Of a stretch of DNA of 64,000 nt, positions 1-8,789 are shown piece after piece. The DNA lies in assembly GCA_035940695.1 (NCBI GenBank), contig DASZEQ010000029.1, forward strand, positions 106,548-170,547, given 5' to 3'. Positions within the stretch are counted from its first letter, which is position 1. Every line of letters starts with the position of its first letter. The notes under the pieces are model-generated. The model was not told where the DNA came from, did no database searches, and saw only the letters and a list, made by a program, of their open reading frames with translations. This stretch comes from Pyrinomonadaceae bacterium. Lineage in GTDB: Bacteria; Acidobacteriota; Blastocatellia; Pyrinomonadales; Pyrinomonadaceae. The position numbers and the translations under genes are program-made.

Positions 1-2
1 TC

Positions 3-134
3 GGTATGTTGATGGCGTTTTCCAATCGCAACGCGCGCGACGCCGCCGCCGCGACCTCCGCGCAAACGCGCCCGCAGGTTTCGTCGTCACGCACGGCTGC
101 CGATAAACCTTTCACCCCGGAGGCTGTTGAATGA
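3..134 (+). CDS. 3' end of an upstream gene (partial, product unknown)
   Basis: Open frame from the window edge with high GC3. Its TGA overlaps the ATG of the next gene (ATGA at 131-134). No recognisable motif. Confidence 0.3.
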   Translation, partial: GMLMAFSNRNARDAAAATSAQTRPQVSSSRTAADKPFTPEAVE

Positions 135-1774
135 GTGAGCAACAGGCCAATGTAAGAGTCGAATTCGCGTCCGTCACCGACCGCGGACTGAGCCAGAAGC
201 GACCGCTCAACGAGGACTCGATGCTCGTGGATGCGGAGCGGTGTATCTTCGCCGTGGCTGATGGCGTGGGCGGCGCACAGGCGGGCGAAGTCGCCTCGCA
301 AACGGCCGTCGAAGTGCTCGGCGAAGCGTTCCGTCATCACAAAGACGGCGACGACATCGAAGACCTGATGGAGATCGCCATCCAGCGCGCCAACGCTTCG
401 ATCTACCAGATGTCGCACGAGCAACGGCAACTCTCGATGATGGCGACCACCATCGTCGCGCTCCACTTGGACGGCCGCCGCGCCACCATCGGCCACGTCG
501 GCGATTCGCGCCTCTATCGCCTGCGACCCGACGGGCGGCTCGAACGCGAGACCGAAGATCATTCCGTGGTGGAGGAGGAGGTGCGCGCCGGGAGGATGTC
601 GCCGGAACAGGCGGCGCATCATCCGAGCCGCAACGTCATCAGCCGCGCACTCGGCGCGGAGCAGGCGGTTGAAGTTGACATGAAGACCATCGAGGTCGAA
701 GACGGCACGATCTTCTTGCTCTGCTCCGACGGCATCACGCGCCACATCCCCGACGAGGAGATCAACGCACTGCTGCACGGCGGCGATTCGCTCGATGCGA
801 CCTGCGAAGAGATGAAACGTCTGTGCTACGAGCGCGGCGCGGAGGATAATCTCACGGCGGTCGTCGTTCGCGTCGGCGCACAGCAGGCGCGCATCGTATC
901 GAGCGCGCCCGCGTCTGACGAAGACGACGAACGCACGCTCTTGACCGAACGCACGACGGCGCAGGCTTCAGCGGTCGCGGGCGGCCAGTTACACAACGTC
1001 GCCGCGTCGAGGAAGCAATTTCAAAATCCGCTCACCACGTCGGCCTCTCATAGCCTGCCGGATTCAACCGCCGCGCCGCGCGCGGGAAACAACAAGTTGC
1101 GAATCAACACGGAGGAAATTGCCGCCTTCGACGCCGCCGACACCGCCGCCGCCGCGACGCCGCCCCGCCCGGTTGAAACGCAACCGCGCAGCCCGACCGG
1201 ACGCGCGAGCAGTTGGTTCGGCGTGCTGTTATTGCTCTTGCTCGCATCGGCGGCAGCGTTCTACGGCGGCATCCGTTACCAGCAGAACAAGGCGGCGGGA
1301 GCGAACACGGTGGTCGCCGCGAACGACCCGCCCGCGCCCGTCGCCACCGCAACCCAGCGACCTGCGAGCGAACTGAACATCAACGACACCTACACGCGGC
1401 TGCGCGCGGCGGTTGACTTGTCGCCAAGCGTGGAGGCGCAGCGAATGGCGGGCGAGAACGGCGGGCGGCCTCTGGACTCGACGGATGCAGTCTTCCTTGC
1501 GCTCTACGGGCGCGCGCTCTTTTTGTCCGGCAAGTACCCGGAGGCGGTCGAAGCTTTGAAGCGCGCCAATGACAGGGTTGACGCGCAACGCGCGCCGGGA
1601 CGCGACCCCGTGCGTCTCGACACGCGCCTCGCGCTCGCCGCCGCCGCGCTGCGCGCCAACAACGCCGACGCGTTGCGCCTTGCATCCGATTCGTTCGGAA
1701 GCGTCATCGAAGATGCCGGGACGGGCGCGGCAACCGTCCCTTCGGTTGATACGGTTCCCGCGCCGGAGCGTTAG
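131..1774 (+). CDS. PP2C-family Ser/Thr protein phosphatase, membrane-anchored, with C-terminal TPR-like region
   Basis: PP2C motifs (NEDS, ADGVGG, GDSRLY, LLCSDG, EDNLTAVVV). Pro/Ala linker and one TM helix (WFGVLLLLLLASAAAFYGG). Lies next to a Hanks kinase. Confidence 0.9.
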   Translation: MSEQQANVRVEFASVTDRGLSQKRPLNEDSMLVDAERCIFAVADGVGGAQAGEVASQTAVEVLGEAFRHHKDGDDIEDLMEIAIQRANASIYQMSHEQRQLSMMATTIVALHLDGRRATIGHVGDSRLYRLRPDGRLERETEDHSVVEEEVRAGRMSPEQAAHHPSRNVISRALGAEQAVEVDMKTIEVEDGTIFLLCSDGITRHIPDEEINALLHGGDSLDATCEEMKRLCYERGAEDNLTAVVVRVGAQQARIVSSAPASDEDDERTLLTERTTAQASAVAGGQLHNVAASRKQFQNPLTTSASHSLPDSTAAPRAGNNKLRINTEEIAAFDAADTAAAATPPRPVETQPRSPTGRASSWFGVLLLLLLASAAAFYGGIRYQQNKAAGANTVVAANDPPAPVATATQRPASELNINDTYTRLRAAVDLSPSVEAQRMAGENGGRPLDSTDAVFLALYGRALFLSGKYPEAVEALKRANDRVDAQRAPGRDPVRLDTRLALAAAALRANNADALRLASDSFGSVIEDAGTGAATVPSVDTVPAPER

Positions 1775-1847
1775 GCTTCGCCGGGGCAATCGCGCCGGTC
1801 GCAGTTCAATAAGCGCGGAGCGGTTTTTGAGTTGAGTTCTCGGACGC

Positions 1848-3467
1848 ATGAGTGAATTGAAACTTCAACAGTGCAGGCTCGACGGACGCTACGACATTCT
1901 GGAATGTCTGGGGCGCGGCAGCTATGCCGAAGTTTATCTCGCACGCGACGCCGCCGCCGCCGGGGGCGGCTCGCCGCAGATGGTCGTGATCAAAGCGCTC
2001 AATCTTTTCCTGCAAGGCTCGATTGATCAGGAACTAGAACACACGCTCATCGAAAATTTCCGCAACGAGGCCGTCGCGCTCGACCGCGTGCGCCATCCGA
2101 ACATCATCAACCGCCTCGGCCACGGCACGGCCATCGACATGGCCGGACAGACGTTTCACTATCTCGTCCTCGAATACCTGCCCGGCGGCGACATGGCCGC
2201 GCTGTGCCGCAGCCAACCCCTCTCGCTCGACCGCGCGCTCTACTATCTGGATCAAATTTGCGACGGTCTCGCGCACGCGCACGAGCACGACGTGATTCAC
2301 CGCGACATCAAGCCGCAGAATTTGTTGCTCACGGCCGACCGTGAGGTCGTCAAGATCGCGGACTTCGGCGTCGCCAAGATCGAGGCCAGCGAAGGCTTGA
2401 TCACGCGCGTCGGGACGGACGTGTACGCCGCGCCGGAGCATCACCCGTTGATGCAGGCGGGCGTGCTCGGCACGGGTTCGCTCACGAGTCCGGTGACGCA
2501 ACTGACTCCGGCGGCGGACGTCTACTCGCTCGCCAAAACTGCCTACATGCTTCTGACCGGCGAAGCCCCGCGCCGCTTCTCGCAGCGACCGATTACGGAG
2601 TTGCCGCCGGGCGCGGCCGCTGCGCCGTGGGCGTCGTTCGTGCTGCGCGTCCTCAGACGCGGGACTGAGACAAACCCTGCGAAGCGTTACCAGAGCGTGC
2701 GCGAGTTCTGGAACGAACTGAGCGACGCCTTGATGCCGAAGACGCAATTGCTGACGCAGCCGAACGGCGAAGAGACGCGTGCCCTCTCGCAAATCAAAGG
2801 TCACAGCCAACGCCTCGCGCCGCTGCCGCCCGAACCTTCCCCCGCGCAGTTTGAACGCCCCGACGCGCAACCGCGACAGACGGGCGGAGCGAAAGTGCAC
2901 CCGCGCATCGTCGTTCCCGTCGCGCTGGCGCAACCGCCGCCGTCGCCGCCGCCGCAGACGAACGCGGCGCAAGCGGCCGTCGCCCAAACGTCGCACGCGC
3001 AGAAGATCCAAAAGTCGCCGCCGCCGGAGATACAAGCGAGGCCGAAAGAGCGCGTGTCGCTGATGCCGCGCAAGACTTGGTTTACTGAACATGCGCGCCC
3101 GTGGATCGTCGCGTTGTTGCTGCTGACGGGGTTTGCGTTGCTGCTGCTCGGCATCCAATACCGCGTGCGTAGCGGTCAAAGGAGCGCGCCCGCGAGCGCA
3201 GCGGGAGGGGCGACGACGAGCGCGCCCGCCGCGAATGCGGGCAGCCTGCAAGCGGGGCGTGAGATGTTGACGACGACTAATGTAAACTTGCGCAGCGGCC
3301 CCGGTCGAAATTATAACCGGGTCGGCGAGGTGGAGGGCGGTTCGCGCGTGCGTATTCTGCGAGTGAACGGCAACTGGTGCGAGGTGGAAGTAATTCAGAG
3401 GGGCTTCCCCAGAATCACCGAAGAGTCGGCCGACACTGGCTGGCTCGACGGGACGCGGTTAAGATAA
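1848..3467 (+). CDS. Hanks-type Ser/Thr protein kinase with TM helix and C-terminal SH3b-like domain
   Basis: HRDIKPQNLL, DFG and APE motifs. TM segment WIVALLLLTGFALLLLGI. C-terminal NVNLRSGPG...GNWCEVEV resembles bacterial SH3. Confidence 0.92.
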   Translation: MSELKLQQCRLDGRYDILECLGRGSYAEVYLARDAAAAGGGSPQMVVIKALNLFLQGSIDQELEHTLIENFRNEAVALDRVRHPNIINRLGHGTAIDMAGQTFHYLVLEYLPGGDMAALCRSQPLSLDRALYYLDQICDGLAHAHEHDVIHRDIKPQNLLLTADREVVKIADFGVAKIEASEGLITRVGTDVYAAPEHHPLMQAGVLGTGSLTSPVTQLTPAADVYSLAKTAYMLLTGEAPRRFSQRPITELPPGAAAAPWASFVLRVLRRGTETNPAKRYQSVREFWNELSDALMPKTQLLTQPNGEETRALSQIKGHSQRLAPLPPEPSPAQFERPDAQPRQTGGAKVHPRIVVPVALAQPPPSPPPQTNAAQAAVAQTSHAQKIQKSPPPEIQARPKERVSLMPRKTWFTEHARPWIVALLLLTGFALLLLGIQYRVRSGQRSAPASAAGGATTSAPAANAGSLQAGREMLTTTNVNLRSGPGRNYNRVGEVEGGSRVRILRVNGNWCEVEVIQRGFPRITEESADTGWLDGTRLR

Positions 3468-3516
3468 GTTTATACAAGTTCGGCTTGTTCGTTTAAAGAT
3501 CGAGAGGGATGGAAAC

Positions 3517-4368
3517 GTGAGCATACTGGAGTCTATTCGGAGGTGGATTGACGGCGAGGGCGAGGAAGACCCGCTCGCCTCGGTTGACGAACAGGCGAAA
3601 CCGCGCCGCGTCTGGGAAGAGTTTCTGGTGAAGGTCGCGCGCGAAATCGAGATCGTGATGCAGCGCGAGATGTTCACGCCGCCCGGCGGGCAGACTTACA
3701 TTCCGCCCGAGTACATCGTCTATTTGAGCAGCGAGGACGACAAAGACTGGCAGGGCGAGAAACGGCGCGGGCTGGAACAGGGACTTTTCTACGTGCTCTC
3801 GGAGCGCGCGCGCGAGTTGAGCGGCTCGACGCAACTCGCCACGAAATCTTTTGCCGTCGAACTGCGCGTTGACGGCACTCTGGAAAAGGGACAGTTTCGC
3901 GTGCAGCCCGTCTGGGACGCGACCGAGAGCGGCCACACGATGGTCACGGCGCGACCCGCCGAGGTGGACGCGCTGGCTTCCACGTCCGGCGCGGCGGAGT
4001 TGCCGGATACCGAATCGTCCGAGAGCGAAGTGACGCGCGTGAGTCCACGCATCGTCGAGTTGTATGCGGTCGAGTTGTGGCGCGGCGGGGTCAGGCAGAC
4101 GGTCGTGCCGATCACGAAGCCGGAGATCACCATCGGGCGCGGCTCAAAGTCCGTCGCCGTAGATTTGCCGATCAAGGGCGACCCGGAAGTGAGCCGCGTC
4201 CACGCGACGCTCTCGCGCGACCCCGAAGGCAAATACTGGCTCACCGCCAAAGGCCGCAACGTCACGCTCGTCTCCGGCGTCGAAGCCCCGCGCGATGAGA
4301 GCGTGCCGGTCGCGCCCGACGACAAGATCGAGATTTGCAGTTATACCCTGCGCATCCAGCCGCGTTGA
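3517..4368 (+). CDS. FHA-domain protein (FhaA-like: N-terminal DUF3662-like region plus C-terminal FHA)
   Basis: GTG start. C-terminal FHA signature (ITIGRG...SRVHATL...YWLTAKGRNVTLVSG). Sits in a PP2C-kinase-FHA triad. Confidence 0.85.
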   Translation: MSILESIRRWIDGEGEEDPLASVDEQAKPRRVWEEFLVKVAREIEIVMQREMFTPPGGQTYIPPEYIVYLSSEDDKDWQGEKRRGLEQGLFYVLSERARELSGSTQLATKSFAVELRVDGTLEKGQFRVQPVWDATESGHTMVTARPAEVDALASTSGAAELPDTESSESEVTRVSPRIVELYAVELWRGGVRQTVVPITKPEITIGRGSKSVAVDLPIKGDPEVSRVHATLSRDPEGKYWLTAKGRNVTLVSGVEAPRDESVPVAPDDKIEICSYTLRIQPR

Positions 4369-4448
4369 AGTGGACGCCGGAGACGCTTCAATGCGCGCGC
4401 CGTTTGCGGAAATCATTTAGACGAACTGACAGAGGAGACTGAGCGACG

Positions 4449-4745
4449 ATGACCTACATCGTGACCGAGGCTTGTGTAGATTGCAAATACACGGACTGCG
4501 CGGCGGTCTGCCCGGTTGAAGCGTTCCACGAACTGCCGGATCGCTTGTACATCAACCCGGAAACCTGTATCGACTGCGACGCGTGCGTGCCGGAATGTCC
4601 CGTCGAGGCGATCTTTTCGGAAGCGGCCTTGCCCGCAGAGTATCAGGAGTGGCTTGCGCTGAACGCGGAGGCGGAACAGTATCCCATCATCAGCTTGAAG
4701 AAAGACGCTCTGCTCGGCCCGGCCTGCACGCCTGCGGCCAAATAG
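4449..4745 (+). CDS. fdxA: 7Fe-type ferredoxin (3Fe-4S/4Fe-4S)
   Basis: Cys patterns CxxCxxxxCxxxCP and CxxCxxCxxxCP. N-terminal TYIVTEAC. GAGGAG Shine-Dalgarno upstream. Confidence 0.9.
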   Translation: MTYIVTEACVDCKYTDCAAVCPVEAFHELPDRLYINPETCIDCDACVPECPVEAIFSEAALPAEYQEWLALNAEAEQYPIISLKKDALLGPACTPAAK

Positions 4746-4757
4746 TTTTACACCTTG

Positions 4758-4807
4758 AACAATCAGAGGGGCGAAGGACTTATCCTTCGCCCCTCTGATT
4801 GTTTTGC
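4758..4807. terminator. Bidirectional intrinsic terminator between convergent genes
   Basis: 20-bp perfect stem aacaatcagaggggcgaagg / ccttcgcccctctgattgtt with a 6-nt loop, between the fdx stop and the HD-GYP gene stop. Confidence 0.8.
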
Positions 4808-4821
4808 GGCTGACGCGATAA

Positions 4822-6096
4822 CTAAGCGCTCCCGGCGGCGCGCGACGCGCTCGATTCAAGTTCCGCGATCAGTTCGACGAGAAGCGGGCGACACTCTTCC
4901 GGTTCGAGGTAGCCTTTGCCGAGCAGTTTCATCATCAGACGCTCTTTCGCCTCGCCGTTCACTTCCTTCAAGATCGCGCGGCAGAGGGCGGCCAACACTT
5001 CCGGCGCAAACTGCTTGCCCGCGTTCTTGCGAAAGTCTTCAATGACCTCTGTGAAAACTTTGCGCCGCTTGTAAGTGCGGTCGGTCGTCATCGCGTCGAA
5101 AGAGTCTGCGACGGCAACGATCTTCGCGCCGGGCGGTATCTGGTCGCCCGTCAAGCCTTCCGGGTAGCCGCGCCCGTCGATGCGCTCGTGGTGATATTTC
5201 GCCATCAGCGGAATGTCGGCGTAAGGGTGCTTGATGGGCGCGAGTATCTCGTAGCCGGCGGCGGGATGGCGGTTGAGTTCGGACGACTGCTTGGCGTCAA
5301 TTTTGTAGGGCGCGTTGATGATGTCGCGCTCGACGACGAGTTTGCCGATGTCGTGCAGGTAGCCCGCCACGGCGATGCCCTCGACCTGTTCCTCGCTCCA
5401 ACCCAACTCGCGCGCGATGATCTCGCTGTACTTGCCGACGCGCTCCGAATGCCCCTGCGTGTACTTGTCCTTGCAGTCGATGGCGGCGGCGAAGGCGCGC
5501 ACCGTGTCGCGGTAAATGGTGCGGAGATCGTCGTAGAGACCGCGCATCTCCTCCGCGCGCTGCTTGGCTTCGCGCAGCAGGCGGTGGTTGTAAATCCCGA
5601 CGCCGATATGCCGCGCCATCGTTCGCACCACTTCCCTCTCGGACGGCGTGAAAGCCTCGCCCGTCGCCTTATCGCCGAGCAGGATGAACCCGACGAACTT
5701 ATGATGCACGACGAGAGGCACGGTGAGTTGGAGACGAAATAGGACGAGCGTATTGAAGAGGCGTTCGCCGAGTTGATGCCGCGCGAGTTCGAGTTGATCC
5801 GTATCAGACAGCAACAGGGCGCGCGGGTGTGGCGTGGACAACATCTCCGCGCTCGCGGCGGCGAACGGCAGAACGGCGGGCGGCTCGTCGCCCAGTCCCC
5901 ACGCCGCGACGAAGCGCAACGCGTCGTCGCCCTGCATGTACTCGACCACCGCGCCGCGACGGACGCCGAGCGTGCCGAGCACGACGTGAAGCGTGGTCTG
6001 CACCATCTCCGCGAAGTCGCTCGTGTCCGCCAGTTCTTCGCCGAGGTCGGCGAGCGCGGAAAAGGCGTGGATCAATTTGGTTGTTTGCTCTGACAT
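4822..6096 (-). CDS. GAF-domain HD-GYP c-di-GMP phosphodiesterase
   Basis: HD...HDIGK...HHERIDGRGYP motifs. N-terminal GAF-like region. Start taken at MSEQTTK (ATG 6096), 4 nt after the stop of the upstream STAS gene; the track ORF extends to 6177. Confidence 0.88.
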   Translation of the reverse strand: MSEQTTKLIHAFSALADLGEELADTSDFAEMVQTTLHVVLGTLGVRRGAVVEYMQGDDALRFVAAWGLGDEPPAVLPFAAASAEMLSTPHPRALLLSDTDQLELARHQLGERLFNTLVLFRLQLTVPLVVHHKFVGFILLGDKATGEAFTPSEREVVRTMARHIGVGIYNHRLLREAKQRAEEMRGLYDDLRTIYRDTVRAFAAAIDCKDKYTQGHSERVGKYSEIIARELGWSEEQVEGIAVAGYLHDIGKLVVERDIINAPYKIDAKQSSELNRHPAAGYEILAPIKHPYADIPLMAKYHHERIDGRGYPEGLTGDQIPPGAKIVAVADSFDAMTTDRTYKRRKVFTEVIEDFRKNAGKQFAPEVLAALCRAILKEVNGEAKERLMMKLLGKGYLEPEECRPLLVELIAELESSASRAAGSA

Positions 6097-6100
6097 CAAC

Positions 6101-6505
6101 TCAAGTGTGCTTGCCGACCGGGACGGGAGAACGGTCGGGTAAATTCGGGTTCGACAACAGGCGGAGCGCGGCGTCAACGTCTGCGGCCAGCGCGGCGTGC
6201 ATCGTCAGGCCGAGTATCTCGAAGAGTTGCGCGGCCTGATCGTTGACGTTCGAGAAGACGAGCGGAGCGCGCGCGCGTTCGGCCGCGTCGATGACGCCGA
6301 GCATGATCGAGACGCCGATGCTGTTGACGAGTCCGGTGTTTTTGAAGTCCACGACGAGCGCGCGACAGCCCGCGGCGAGGGCGGCGCGACATTCGCGTTC
6401 GATGCGTTCCCCACTCAACTTGTTGAGATAGTCGCTCGCGTAAATGACGGCGATGTCGCCGCTGCGTTCGGAGCGCACCGGCGAGCGGTCGTGCAAGTCA
6501 ACCAT
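6101..6505 (-). CDS. STAS-domain anti-sigma-factor antagonist (SpoIIAA/RsbV-like)
   Basis: STAS layout with the conserved phosphorylatable-Ser context (VDFKNTGLVNSIGVSIM). Directly downstream of an RsbW-type kinase gene. Confidence 0.85.
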   Translation of the reverse strand: MVDLHDRSPVRSERSGDIAVIYASDYLNKLSGERIERECRAALAAGCRALVVDFKNTGLVNSIGVSIMLGVIDAAERARAPLVFSNVNDQAAQLFEILGLTMHAALAADVDAALRLLSNPNLPDRSPVPVGKHT

Positions 6506-6518
6506 TGTTTTGACCCCT

Positions 6519-8789
6519 CTAGCGACGTAGGTATTTCGTCATACGTAGACGCGTGCCGTCGTCAACCCGCTCGAACTCGACTTCATCCATCAGAGTCCGA
6601 ATCAGCTTGAGACCCCATCCGCGGCGTCCGTTATTCTCTTCTCGTGCGACGTTGCCGTTGGTTCCGGCGTTCGTGGGGGAGGGCACGATAATACCCCTGC
6701 TTGATACTGTGACGACTAATTTATCACTTTCGAGACGAAAACGTTGATAAATTTTTCGGTCGGGGCTGAGACTGTGCTCCGCCGCGTTGATGCACGCCTC
6801 AATGAGGGCGGTTTTGATCTGGTTGATGGCCTCGGATGAGAAGTCCAGACGGCGCGCGATCTGCTCGACCGTGTGCGCGGCGATCAGTTCCGTGTCGCTC
6901 CCCATCGGGATCACCATCTCGAACTCGTCCGGCGCGTTGCCCTGCGCCTCCGCGCTCCCGTCGCTTGAATCCGGGCTGAGGCGCGCGGTCAGAAATTCGA
7001 GTTGTTTGCGGCTCGAACTGAACGCGCCCCGCTCGTTTAACAGTTCGGAAGCCTCTGCCGAAAATCCTTCCGGGGCAACCAGCCACAGCTTGAAGCGTTT
7101 GAAGCCGCAGGAGTGGCCGACCTGCGTGAGACGGTCGCACCAAACTTCGGTGACGGCGCGACCCGCTTCGAGTTTGGAATCGATCTCGGCGGTGAGCCAG
7201 ATGATCTCGTTGGCATCGTTGTAAGGCATCGCGTCGAAACCGTGCGCGACGGCGCAGCGTTCCTCGTCGCAGACGAGCAGCATCGGCGGGTGAAACGAAG
7301 CGCAACTCGCCGCGTGGACGATTTGCGGCAGGCGAATCAAATCGGTCTCGGCGTCGAGACCGAGTTCGATCTCTGCGGTTTCGATGCCGCGATAGATGCG
7401 ACTGAAACGGTCGTAATGCAAAAGACTGGCGGCGACCCGTTGCGCGTCGAAGCGCGCGAGCAGTTCGCGCAGGTTGAGCGCGGCGGCGCGGCGATAATGA
7501 CGCGCCATCGTCTGCGGGGCGCGTTTCAAAGTCTCGACGAGCGTGTCGGCCACGACGAGCGCGCGGGGTTCGGCGGCGACTTGCAGGCGATAGCTCGCGC
7601 GCAGGTAATCGCGCCACAGGCTCTCCGTGCCGATCTCCATGAAGGTGGCGTTAAAGCTGGCGAGTTCGCGCACGTGCAGGGCAAACATCAACGGGTAGAG
7701 TTCATCAGGCTCAAGCTCCAGACGCCTGCGCCAAGCCTCGACGGGCGACTTGCCCCCGGCGTTCGTCGCCGCGTCGTGCAAGAGTCGAATCAGCGCGCGA
7801 CGGATGGTGAGCGAGGGCGTGACCTCTTCGAGCAGAGAGTTGAAGCGGCGATTGATGCGCCCGCCCAAAAGCTCGTCCACGTAAATTTTCTGGCATTCGA
7901 GAAAACTGGTGAGCGAGGCGTTGTCGCGGTGCGCCGCGTACATAAACGAGGCGATGTAGAACGGGCTGCCGCCGAACAGTTGCACGACGAGGTCGCGCGT
8001 TTCGTCGTTAATGGCGACGCGTTCCGTAAAGGCCAGACGCTCGACGAGCGTGCGCGCGTCCGCCTCCTTCAACCCTTCGAGATGGATCGTGCCGAAACCG
8101 TCGAAGCGGTGCGGCGCGTTCCCGCCGCTCAACTCGTCGAGCAGCCCGCGTCGCAATCCGCACAGGACGAACGGCGCGTCGCCGTGCATGGCGACCTGCG
8201 CGATCTCGTTGCCGAGTTCGACCTCGCCGCGCAATTTTTCGACGTTCTGAATTTCGTCCAACAGCACGACGGAACGCGCGCCGCGCGCCGCCGCGAGCAC
8301 CGGCGCGCCGAAACAGAGACGCACCAGCGCGAGTTCGTCGCTGCCGTCGCGCGCGCGTTCATAGGTCATCACCAGACGCTCGACCCATTCGTAGTCCGAA
8401 GGGTCTGCGAGGTCGATCAGGTCGCGCAGGGCGGGCGGCGAGTTGACGAACGAGGCGTCGTCGCGGCGGTGCGCGACGAGTTGCGAAAGGAACGTGTGAA
8501 GGAAACGACGCGCGACGGCCGCCACGCTCTGCTCTTGGCGCGTGAAGGCGAAATAGATGGGCGAGGCCGCGCCGCGCTGCTGGAAGAGTTTGTCGTAGGC
8601 TTGCCGCAACAGTTCGGACGCGCCTGCGGCCGGCGCGGCGTGAACGAGCAGCCCGCGTCGCGGCGAAGTGGAAGGCGCAAGCGCGGTGATCTCGCGCAAG
8701 TGCTCGCCGCGCCCGATGAAATTTTCCGGTGCGACGCGGCCGAGGATGCGCTTGGCCGGGGCGGCCTTGAAGGTATTTTCAGTTGACAT
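6519..8789 (-). CDS. Fusion protein: degenerate AAA/Arch-ATPase-like module, DUF234-like region and C-terminal RsbW/SpoIIAB-type HATPase_c serine kinase
   Basis: N-terminal FIGRGEHLREI, then a P-loop-like VHAAPAAGASELL that lacks the Lys, and Walker-B-like VVLLDEIQN. C-terminal N-box EACINAAEHS and G-box RRGWGLKLI. Start taken at MSTENT (8789), overlapping the upstream gene by 11 nt. Confidence 0.75.
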   Translation of the reverse strand: MSTENTFKAAPAKRILGRVAPENFIGRGEHLREITALAPSTSPRRGLLVHAAPAAGASELLRQAYDKLFQQRGAASPIYFAFTRQEQSVAAVARRFLHTFLSQLVAHRRDDASFVNSPPALRDLIDLADPSDYEWVERLVMTYERARDGSDELALVRLCFGAPVLAAARGARSVVLLDEIQNVEKLRGEVELGNEIAQVAMHGDAPFVLCGLRRGLLDELSGGNAPHRFDGFGTIHLEGLKEADARTLVERLAFTERVAINDETRDLVVQLFGGSPFYIASFMYAAHRDNASLTSFLECQKIYVDELLGGRINRRFNSLLEEVTPSLTIRRALIRLLHDAATNAGGKSPVEAWRRRLELEPDELYPLMFALHVRELASFNATFMEIGTESLWRDYLRASYRLQVAAEPRALVVADTLVETLKRAPQTMARHYRRAAALNLRELLARFDAQRVAASLLHYDRFSRIYRGIETAEIELGLDAETDLIRLPQIVHAASCASFHPPMLLVCDEERCAVAHGFDAMPYNDANEIIWLTAEIDSKLEAGRAVTEVWCDRLTQVGHSCGFKRFKLWLVAPEGFSAEASELLNERGAFSSSRKQLEFLTARLSPDSSDGSAEAQGNAPDEFEMVIPMGSDTELIAAHTVEQIARRLDFSSEAINQIKTALIEACINAAEHSLSPDRKIYQRFRLESDKLVVTVSSRGIIVPSPTNAGTNGNVAREENNGRRGWGLKLIRTLMDEVEFERVDDGTRLRMTKYLRR

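Noticed and set aside
1104-1849. Cluster of short overlapping ORFs inside the 3' half of the PP2C gene.
   Set aside because: Same high-GC shadow effect. The PP2C frame continues through a TM helix and a TPR-like tail, and it ends with a sensible spacing to the kinase gene.
2034-3251. Long antisense or out-of-frame ORFs opposite well-supported genes. Examples: 2034-3251(-), 7113-8786(+), 24077-25462(+), 27835-29142(+), 31951-33750(+), 35548-37107(-), 38676-40070(+), 51034-52041(+), 59189-60487(-), 61891-62787(-).
   Set aside because: They are Arg/Ala/Gly-rich, low-complexity translations typical of shadow ORFs in high-GC DNA. Each overlaps a gene with clear family motifs on the other strand or frame, and none shows a recognisable motif.
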